Shown one piece after another: positions 1 to 8,401 of a stretch of DNA of 64,000 nucleotides. Within the stretch, counting starts at the first letter, position 1. Each line of letters begins with the position of its first letter. The stretch covers positions 186,001 through 250,000 of the forward strand of contig JAANOX010000018.1 in the NCBI GenBank assembly GCA_020184695.1. Reading direction: 5' to 3'. The notes under the pieces are model-generated. The model ran no database searches and was not told where the DNA came from. It saw nothing but the letters and a program-made list of their open reading frames with translations. A program made the translations under genes and the position numbers. The DNA is from Histomonas meleagridis 2922-C6/04-290x (lineage: Eukaryota; Protista; Parabasalia).

Positions 1-1083
1 AAGATTGTCGAAAAATTTGGTGATCGAGATGATGGGCTTTATGAAAGAAAAATTTGCATCATAACCGATAGCAACCCCACATCAAAAGAAATTCTATATG
101 AGGGTGGCCCGTATATTGAAAGGATTACGCAAAAGTACCGGCCATCGTCACAAGTACCATTTTCATATACAAAAACATATGCACTTGAACAAAACTTTTA
201 TAAAGTATACTTTGATTTTGTTAATCATATTATGGGTGTTGTATATCATCATCAACCAGGTCGTATCACTAATTTTAGTATTGAATATCGAAAAGAAAAT
301 GAAAATGACAATTATTATATAGCTGATCCATCGAAATTTTATCCTAATCCTCCTGAAATTGATCAATGGTATATTGATCAAACACAAAACAAATTATTAG
401 AAATCTGTAAATTAAGTAAAAAAGATTCCAAGAAAATAGCAGAAGAAATAGTTCAATGGATCCAATTTAGAACAGAAGAAGAAAGTCGTCCATACTTAAA
501 GATGAAAAGTATTGATGTTGCATTACATCGTAAACTTTATTCTATGAAAGATCAAACGGGTGTAATGGTTGATCAGCCACCGCCAGAGCCTAAATCGGAA
601 AGTGATGATTTAGATGAGAAGAATCGATATCAATTATCGATTAATGATCCATTATCAGTTTACTTCCCTGTTGAACAAGTAGAAATGAATGAAGAAATAG
701 CTAAAGATATATTTAATAAAGCAATCGAAGCATTGAAGCTAAGGCTACATGAAGAACATGAATTATTACAAAATAGATTAAATCAAGAAATAGCGGCGTT
801 GAAGAAAAAGGTGTTGGAATTCGAAATGGATCAACATCAATCGATGTCTAAGAAACAAAGTGATGAACATCAAGAGTTTTGTAATAAGAAAACATTTTTG
901 ATTTCTGTTCTACAAAAGAGATTAAAAAGATTCGAAGCTACAGCAGCAAGAAAATTATTCGATTTAATGAAAAATTTGAAAAATCATCCAAAGTTAATGC
1001 CATTCTTGGGTGGTACTGATTTAACTATGGAACAAGTTGACGAGAAAATTAAAGAAATGCAGAATATAGATAAAAAAGATTAA
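1..1083 (+). CDS. DRC7: Dynein regulatory complex subunit 7 (CCDC135/FAP50)-like, 5'-partial
   Basis: Frame is open from base 1 (KIVEKFGDRDDGLYERK...) to TAA at 1083. The C-terminus (LQNRLNQE...EFCNKKTFLISVLQKRLKRFE...LKNHPKL) resembles the DRC7 C-terminal helical region as recalled. Confidence 0.65.
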   Translation, partial: KIVEKFGDRDDGLYERKICIITDSNPTSKEILYEGGPYIERITQKYRPSSQVPFSYTKTYALEQNFYKVYFDFVNHIMGVVYHHQPGRITNFSIEYRKENENDNYYIADPSKFYPNPPEIDQWYIDQTQNKLLEICKLSKKDSKKIAEEIVQWIQFRTEEESRPYLKMKSIDVALHRKLYSMKDQTGVMVDQPPPEPKSESDDLDEKNRYQLSINDPLSVYFPVEQVEMNEEIAKDIFNKAIEALKLRLHEEHELLQNRLNQEIAALKKKVLEFEMDQHQSMSKKQSDEHQEFCNKKTFLISVLQKRLKRFEATAARKLFDLMKNLKNHPKLMPFLGGTDLTMEQVDEKIKEMQNIDKKD

Positions 1084-1095
1084 TAAAAAATTTAT

Positions 1096-1458
1096 TCATG
1101 CAACAATATTTTCTGAAAGTTCTTGAAGTTGTCTAGAACAAAATCTATCTGCAAGATAATCTATAAGAATTTTGATACATTCGACATGATCTTGAGGATT
1201 AATTTGATTAAAAATTTGTATAATCGTTTTCATATATAATCTATAATCACTGGTTGAGGTTGGTTCGAATTCAAGGGGATTTATTATTTTATTTTCATCT
1301 GTTTCTATGAAATCTTCAAGAAGATCTAATGATAAATTTAAATTACTCATTTGAATTTTATCATTTATGTATTGATCATCACTTCGTCTAACTACAATTT
1401 TATCATCTGGCTCTGTATTTTGTTTATTTCCTACTTCTTCTATATCAAAATCGTCCAT
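1096..1458 (-). CDS. Hypothetical 120-aa acidic protein
   Basis: ATG-started ORF with normal codon usage, packed between DRC7 and the nucleoporin; no recognisable domain. Confidence 0.6.
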   Translation of the reverse strand: MDDFDIEEVGNKQNTEPDDKIVVRRSDDQYINDKIQMSNLNLSLDLLEDFIETDENKIINPLEFEPTSTSDYRLYMKTIIQIFNQINPQDHVECIKILIDYLADRFCSRQLQELSENIVA

Positions 1459-1497
1459 TTAAAATCTTGAAATTATTGGCCAAGAATCAAAAAATAT

Positions 1498-4400
1498 TTG
1501 TCAAAGAAATTTGAATTGTTTTATGAAATGCCACACTCTTCCATGGATCAATCTCAAATCTTTTCAGATGATCTAATTGCAGGAAGAGCTATACAGCAAA
1601 TTGTTGATTGCGCTACAAAGGACAATAATTCTTTGTCTTTTTTTAGTGTGGTTGGTTCAAATATTGAACCAAAATATTATCAATGTTCAGAACAAGAAGA
1701 TATGTATACAATAACAGAAAATGCTCAATTTCCAGATGAAGTAAATTATCATTACGCTTCATCTTCAAAATGTGCAGATATTGGTTGCCTTCCAAAAATA
1801 GACAGATTTTATTCTATTCTTGACAATAAAATTATCTTTTGGAGAACAAATGGAATTCCTACATATGAAAGCATCACTGTTGAAGAAGAAACAATTACTT
1901 CTGTGTGTACAATTATTGCACCAAGAGAATATTATCCTAAATCAGTTTCATCTCTAGTAGTTATAGGGACGCCTTCGTTTATTAAATTATTTCCAATAGC
2001 TAATGATAGAATTTCACCAGAATTTTCTGATTTTATCCAATTAGATTTTGCGCCTTTATGTATGGATGGTGATTTTGGTCAATTTTTAATCGGTGGTTCT
2101 GATGGGTGTATACATATGTGCAAATTTATGGAGCTGGAAAAGATTACTGAAGGAACTAGACTCGAAATTACAAATGTATCGACAAAATGGTATAATTTCC
2201 TTCCAAAACTTTTGTTACTTAAAAAGAAACCACAGATCACAAAAATTATTTATGATAGTTCAAGTGAATTCATTGGTGCTCTTGATGAAGATAATCGAAT
2301 TTTAATGTTTAATTTCAACTTTTCACAAGGACTTCAGAAATCAGAAATCTTTATTCCACCTAAAGGAACCAAAATTGCGTCAATTTCATTAGTTCCATTA
2401 TCTGATTCTGATGAAATACGTTTAATTGCATTTACATCAAAAGGTGAAAGACTTTATTTTGGTACTACAAAGAAGTTATTTTCACTTGTTTCTGGAATTG
2501 GACTTCGTGGTAAGCGTTCTCCTCCAGTTGAATTAAGTGATAGAATTGTTAAGGATGGTTATTATATCCTTGGGTTTACATTATTCATTTGTAATGATAA
2601 ATTTGTAGTTTGTCGTGCTGATACCTTCGAAGGATCAGAGTTTATTGCAGAAATTCCAATTGATGGAAACGGTTTGAAGATAAACGGTCTCCCGCATGTT
2701 TACTTCAACCAAAATTACTTTGTTAAATATCCTATAACTTGGCAATACCTCATTACTCCACCTCCTGTTTATGTCTTAACTACAGTAGGAAGCTTTAAAG
2801 TCAATTTGTTACCACCTGCAACAACAATTAAACGAATTATTGCACAAAACCATGGATGTTATGATAAAACAGTTCATGATTGGATGAATTGTTATTCATC
2901 GAACGATGAATCCTTTGCATGTTGTTTATTGATTTCATCAGATGATCCAAACTCAATGTTCATTAGTACTGAATGTGAAAAACTTCTTCCATATAAAGAA
3001 GACTCTACACCTAAGCCACTTACACACATTACACATTCATTTTTTGTATATGTATCTCGCCTATTTAATCTTCTCTGGGGTTCACCATGCTTTTTCACAA
3101 CTCCAATCACCATTAAAGTCAATCCCATTATCAAAACAATCCAAATTGAATATATCCAAAAACTTAATCATATATTAAATTTAATCAAGTCATACAAAAC
3201 CACCACAGAATTAACAGAGGAATGTTCAGATTTACTTGATGAACTCATAAGTCTTATAAATTTAATGATCGAACTTATTCGATTTTTACAAATCATTAAA
3301 TCACGAAAAATATCACAATTAATTAAAGTTGCTTTTGATCAAATTGACAAATCCACTTATAGACGTCTTATTCTTCAACCCATATATTCACCCGATTCTA
3401 CGCTATCATTAGAATCAGCATTACGTACATTTGTTTCCAAACTAATTGAAGTAATACCTAACGAAAACGATTTAACCAATTTATCAGCCGAAATATGCAC
3501 AGAATGTCCACACTTTACATTATCGGCAGAGTATCGCCTAGAACAAGCTATTCATGACTTAGAGATGGCGCCTAATGTTGAAGAGAAAGAACAAAAGCAA
3601 CTTATAGAACAATCAGTTGCGACATTAATCCATTACAGTGAGTACGAGATTAACTTAGTTTTAGTTTGCAGTATCCTTATCCAATTACATCAATATGAAC
3701 GAGCGATTAATATTGTTGTGTCACGAGTACATTCAATTGATGAGAATCAACGAGGTTATTATTGGTTTAAGAATGGATGCGATCCAGACGATTATAATGG
3801 CGAACGAATGTTTAATCAAATATATCAATGTTATGAATCAGTGATCGAAATAGTTTATACTGATGAAGGAATGGAAGCGATACTTAAGTGCGATGATGAG
3901 ATGTTACATTTATGTATCTTCCAACGATTATTTAATTCGAATGAGATCGAAAGGTTATTAAGTATTAAGTCTCCTTATCTTAGAGATTACTTAATGGATA
4001 ATGCGCGCGAATTACTTTGGCAATATTACGTGTCTGTGAATGATTATGAATCTGCAATTAATGAGTTATTACATACTTTGATTGTATCTGATTCTGATAT
4101 TAATATCGAGAAAAGAATAGAATGGATCCAATTAGCTATTAATTATTCGAAAATTATTAATAATTATAAATGTTTGGAAGAAGCAAATTATTATAACGAT
4201 TTAGCAAAAATTCAAAAGTCAATTTACAGGTTTACAAAATCTGACGAATTCGCAACGGCTTTGCTCTCAATCGACGAACTTTTGGATAAAGCTATCAATT
4301 TGGATTTGTGGAATAACGTTCTCCAAATTTATGAAATTATGAACTTTACATCATTGGAAAATAGAGATATTAAAATAATTGATGCATGGGATCATTTGAT

Positions 4401-4809
4401 ATTTGGTTTGGATTGCGTTTCGGAAGATGAAATTAAATTGAAATTGGGTAAAGTGTTTCATGAACTTAAACCTAATTCATGCGTATTAAAGACTTCTTTG
4501 TTCATTCCAACGTTCGAAGACTTTGCAAAGTCAAAGCATTTCGTGGTAAATTGGGTGCCTGAAACATTAATAAGATTCGGAATTCCGAAATTTGATATAT
4601 ATAATGGTTACGTAGAGATGTTAAGAAGTCCGATTTGTAATGACTTATCTGTGAAAAGGAGAAACAAATTGATATATAACGCACTGTGGGTGCTGAAACA
4701 AGGATGTGATGGAAACTATGATCTGATTTCAGACTTTGTTAAAAAGGTAACTTCGGATGAAAGTCAGCCTTATCATGAAGAAATAAAATTCCTCCTTTCT
4801 AATGAATAA
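1498..4809 (+). CDS. NUP155: Nup155/Nup170-like scaffold nucleoporin (first ATG at 1528)
   Basis: 1103-aa ORF. N-terminal beta-propeller-like motifs (LPKIDRFYSILDNKIIFW, ITSVCTII, LVVIGTP, FLIGGSDGCIH, RLIAFTSKGERLYF) are followed by an alpha-solenoid (LHLCIFQRL, SPYLRDYL, LLWQYY, IEKRIEWIQLA). Confidence 0.8.
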   Translation: MSKKFELFYEMPHSSMDQSQIFSDDLIAGRAIQQIVDCATKDNNSLSFFSVVGSNIEPKYYQCSEQEDMYTITENAQFPDEVNYHYASSSKCADIGCLPKIDRFYSILDNKIIFWRTNGIPTYESITVEEETITSVCTIIAPREYYPKSVSSLVVIGTPSFIKLFPIANDRISPEFSDFIQLDFAPLCMDGDFGQFLIGGSDGCIHMCKFMELEKITEGTRLEITNVSTKWYNFLPKLLLLKKKPQITKIIYDSSSEFIGALDEDNRILMFNFNFSQGLQKSEIFIPPKGTKIASISLVPLSDSDEIRLIAFTSKGERLYFGTTKKLFSLVSGIGLRGKRSPPVELSDRIVKDGYYILGFTLFICNDKFVVCRADTFEGSEFIAEIPIDGNGLKINGLPHVYFNQNYFVKYPITWQYLITPPPVYVLTTVGSFKVNLLPPATTIKRIIAQNHGCYDKTVHDWMNCYSSNDESFACCLLISSDDPNSMFISTECEKLLPYKEDSTPKPLTHITHSFFVYVSRLFNLLWGSPCFFTTPITIKVNPIIKTIQIEYIQKLNHILNLIKSYKTTTELTEECSDLLDELISLINLMIELIRFLQIIKSRKISQLIKVAFDQIDKSTYRRLILQPIYSPDSTLSLESALRTFVSKLIEVIPNENDLTNLSAEICTECPHFTLSAEYRLEQAIHDLEMAPNVEEKEQKQLIEQSVATLIHYSEYEINLVLVCSILIQLHQYERAINIVVSRVHSIDENQRGYYWFKNGCDPDDYNGERMFNQIYQCYESVIEIVYTDEGMEAILKCDDEMLHLCIFQRLFNSNEIERLLSIKSPYLRDYLMDNARELLWQYYVSVNDYESAINELLHTLIVSDSDINIEKRIEWIQLAINYSKIINNYKCLEEANYYNDLAKIQKSIYRFTKSDEFATALLSIDELLDKAINLDLWNNVLQIYEIMNFTSLENRDIKIIDAWDHLIFGLDCVSEDEIKLKLGKVFHELKPNSCVLKTSLFIPTFEDFAKSKHFVVNWVPETLIRFGIPKFDIYNGYVEMLRSPICNDLSVKRRNKLIYNALWVLKQGCDGNYDLISDFVKKVTSDESQPYHEEIKFLLSNE

Positions 4810-5529
4810 AAGATATAATTTAAATCAGTTGTTTTTAAGAAAAATATTAAATTAATTAATGAGAAATTTAGAAGTAAATTTATTTGAAAAATTGATAAGT
4901 AAAGAGACTATTGTGATAATGTTCAAATAAAATATAATGCAAATAATTTAAAATACACCACGTGTATTTGATTTTAATACAATATAATTTTCCTCTATAT
5001 TACATATAATAAGGTATTCATTATATTATATATTATACCTTAAACACATTTGTTGGAAGAACCAACCCTACTAAATATTTGTTTTGCTTCTTTTTACAGT
5101 TTTTGATGAATCATTTCTTCTCAAGATCTTATATACAGTTTAAAAATTTTACTGTACCAGGTTCAAAATTCATAACTTTAAGGACTTTAGTGTATAAATC
5201 ATGGAACGAAAGTAGCTTAAACATTTCAACTTAAAGTCAATTTCACAAAGCATTTAATTATTTTGCATATATTTGTTGTTCGATTCAAATCTTTATCTAT
5301 CTTTGAAGCGTTTAGTTCAGGTAACTGGAGTATGCCATCTTTGCTTGTTATAATTAATTTGATAATATTTTTCTATTTTAGAGAAAGCATTTTATTTATA
5401 TAAAAAAAAATCATTTGAAAAAATTAGAGTTCGGAACTATTTATTATCAATAATAGGAGATAAATACGTCATAAATCTTTTAATAAAATGAGATTACCTC
5501 ATAATGACAAAATGGTAACTGCCCATTTT

Positions 5530-6633
5530 CTATATCTTACGTATCGGCTTTTCTATCGGCGTCATTCTTGGTCCAGATGCGAAATGTGATGCTGCAATGG
5601 AGCACGTTACCAAAATGTACGTTATTTTTTGGTCCAGTCCATCAGACTGCCAAATTTCGGCCAAGTACTGGAAACTAGACACTAAGTATGATGAATTTTT
5701 CCCGTACCTTGACATCCCATCGCAGACTGCTGGGAGAATATCATCTGCTGCTGCATTAGCATCTGGTAATGATGCCATTACGCCATCAAAGAAGTCTGTT
5801 ACCATCTTAATTCCAGACTCCACATTTTTCATCTGATGTAAGTTACGTAAATGTGTTGCTGCTTTGTCAAGTTTGACAGGATCACCAATCGATGAGACAG
5901 GTTCACGAACAGCTTTCTGCGCTTCACGATTGTCCTTTTCGAGGGCACTGTGATATACCTTAAGAAGTTTTGCATGGAAAAGGTTGGCTACTGCATAAAA
6001 AATTATGAAATTTGTTCTCATCTTAAACATGGTTGGAATATAATGGAATGGTACAACTGTAAAAACAATGTCACTTATTTTGTCCATGTATGAGTGTATC
6101 ATTTCAAGGACTTGATATCGATTTGAAATTGTAATTTTTGTTTTAGAGGCAACTGCTTCAAGTTCTTGAAGAACTGCTGGAAGAGCAGGAGAACGTATCC
6201 TGGTTTTAAGGAATTGAAGTGCATTTGATGGATTTTCATAACCAACTTGGATTTCATTACATAAAGGAGGAATTGGTGATGGAATAAAAGGATTCACAGC
6301 AACTTCTTCCATTTCAAATGTAAACCCGTTGGTTGTAGAACATGGTGTAGTTTGTAGAATTTCGAAGCAAATTTTATGATCAAAACCTTCAATAGGAATC
6401 AGAATGTTATTTTCTTGTTTAAGCACATACTTCCCATTACCGTATTGTTTGAGTATGTTCATGTTTGACTCATCTTCAACAAATAAATAAAGAAGAGGAT
6501 CTGTTAAATTTCCAATATTATATTCGGGTGGAAGTAAAAGATGATACATTAATGATGGATCATTTTTAAAATTGCAAGCAATGGTTCTAAATGCTTCGAT
6601 CAATGGATGTGAATCGAGTTCAATGATCTTCAT
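5530..6633 (-). CDS. VPS9-domain protein (putative Rab5-family GEF)
   Basis: C-terminal AAADDILPAVC...YLVSSFQYL...YILVTCSIAASHF matches the VPS9 pattern xADDxLP...YxxTT. A TCAGTT Inr lies just upstream of the ATG. Confidence 0.7.
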   Translation of the reverse strand: MKIIELDSHPLIEAFRTIACNFKNDPSLMYHLLLPPEYNIGNLTDPLLYLFVEDESNMNILKQYGNGKYVLKQENNILIPIEGFDHKICFEILQTTPCSTTNGFTFEMEEVAVNPFIPSPIPPLCNEIQVGYENPSNALQFLKTRIRSPALPAVLQELEAVASKTKITISNRYQVLEMIHSYMDKISDIVFTVVPFHYIPTMFKMRTNFIIFYAVANLFHAKLLKVYHSALEKDNREAQKAVREPVSSIGDPVKLDKAATHLRNLHQMKNVESGIKMVTDFFDGVMASLPDANAAADDILPAVCDGMSRYGKNSSYLVSSFQYLAEIWQSDGLDQKITYILVTCSIAASHFASGPRMTPIEKPIRKI

Positions 6634-7211
6634 TTTAACTGAGTTTTAACTAGCTTTGAACCTGTAAAAGTGGTGAATCTGATCAGAAATAAAGCATTGA
6701 ATTTTTGAAGAAAAAATGTGCTTAAACGGTATACGATAGAATAACGTTATTTAAAGATATTTTCAAATATTGATATTTCTCACAAATAATAGAAATCTGT
6801 TTTAATCAATAATTCAAATTCATAAAGCATAGATCTTACGGCTAAAGTGTAATAAAATTTCATAATAAAAATAGAATTAAAAAAACAAATTTTTACAAGT
6901 TTTAAATTTAGCTCATGAATTTAACTAAAATAATCAATAAAGGCACCATGGTATCTGCTGGGAGTTTGCAAATACTAAGCAAATAAATTTTTATTTTTTG
7001 TGATATTAAATTATGAAAAATCTATTTGCAAATTATTTTAATAAATTGCATGTTGTGTATTGCTGATTTAGTTTTTAGTAATAAACTTGAAATCATGCAT
7101 CAATTTTTACCAATTTAAGCAAAAACAAAAAATTTTAAACGATATTTCATATCACATGTCGTGAAATCAAATTTTGATGTTCAAATTGATGTTATTTCAC
7201 ATTTATTTTAG

Positions 7212-8030
7212 ATGAATGTACGCGATGAGTGCCAATGCTTTCTGATGTACCTCTCTGAACTGGAGAAAATGACAATGTATATGAAAAAAGAAGCTCAAGA
7301 GTTTGTTAATCAATCAGAAGAAATATTAAAAAATGATCGTTCTTCATTAGTAAAGATTCAAGAAGAAAATGACGAATTAGAAACGGAATTACAAAATGAA
7401 GATTTATGGCTAAAACGTGTAGTTAATGATTATTTCAGTTCTAATGAAAGTTTACTTACTTCAATGTTGAATTCAATTTGGATATTATCATCGAAAGAAC
7501 AAAACTGTTTGTCCATCATTAAAACCAATTCCGTCATTCCAATTATTGTTGAATTACTTCTTAACGAACCAAATGATGATATCCAAAATGCGACAATTGG
7601 AATATTTGCGAATTTATTTCAATCAAAAGACACAAGACATTTACTACTTAAAGAGTTCAAATCATTTGTCATAAATGTTTTAGATTATGTCAAAGAAAAT
7701 TGTCTTTCAAAATCAATTAATGCCAAAACGTTTGAAACATCTTTAATTATGATACACAATTGTATTATAGAAGATGAAATTGCAATGCATTTAGTCAAAA
7801 GTAAATTTCTTGACGAACTTTTAAATCTCATTAAGTTATATTGCAATCAAACGAAAGTTTTTGATGTTTTAATACAAATTATAAGTAACATCATAACGCA
7901 AAAATATATTAATTCATTTGACATTAATGTTATTAATGAAATATACGCCATAATAAGACAAAGTAAACCAACTTCGCAAATGATTGAATTGTTAACAAAA
8001 ATAAAAATTCTTTTTCCAAGTATAGAGTAA
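7212..8030 (+). CDS. N-terminal coiled coil plus armadillo-repeat protein, HSF2BP/MEILB2-like
   Basis: About 75-aa coiled coil, then ARM-like helices (IWILSS, GIFANL, LIMIHNC, LIQIISNII). Confidence 0.55.
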   Translation: MNVRDECQCFLMYLSELEKMTMYMKKEAQEFVNQSEEILKNDRSSLVKIQEENDELETELQNEDLWLKRVVNDYFSSNESLLTSMLNSIWILSSKEQNCLSIIKTNSVIPIIVELLLNEPNDDIQNATIGIFANLFQSKDTRHLLLKEFKSFVINVLDYVKENCLSKSINAKTFETSLIMIHNCIIEDEIAMHLVKSKFLDELLNLIKLYCNQTKVFDVLIQIISNIITQKYINSFDINVINEIYAIIRQSKPTSQMIELLTKIKILFPSIE

Positions 8031-8401
8031 CAAAGTGAAATTTGACAGATAATTCGACTTTTTGCGTACTTTACACGCCGATGAATACGATAAATACAAC
8101 TTTTGTGTAATCAAAAATTTTTTATTCATTCATAACTAAAACTTTTCTTTATTTTTTGTATATTTTAAACATAAACTCTTTGTGCTTGGGCAATATGTAT
8201 GTGCTCCGAATGAGGTACCGAAAGAATTCGCATGATGTACATTTAGGGATTAAAAAATCCCAAAAAAAATGCATAAAAATTATTTCTTACATAAAAGAAA
8301 ATTATTAACAAAATTATAAAAAAACAAAATATGGATGAGTAAAAAAAGAGTTCTTTTTTATATTTTTTGAAAAAAACTGTTTTAAATTATTATAAAAAAC
8401 T

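Noticed and set aside
5100-5350. Minus-strand fragment containing IDKDLNRT (TBC-like motif)
   Set aside because: About 40 codons, flanked by stops, with no other TBC motifs; too weak to call.
8240-8383. Possible 13th spacer (57 nt, 8384-8440) followed by a hydrophobic 46-aa tail (KTVFF...IILLIIFFYV...)
   Set aside because: T-rich DNA yields hydrophobic peptides by chance, and ankyrin similarity is lost; it cannot be supported without cDNA.
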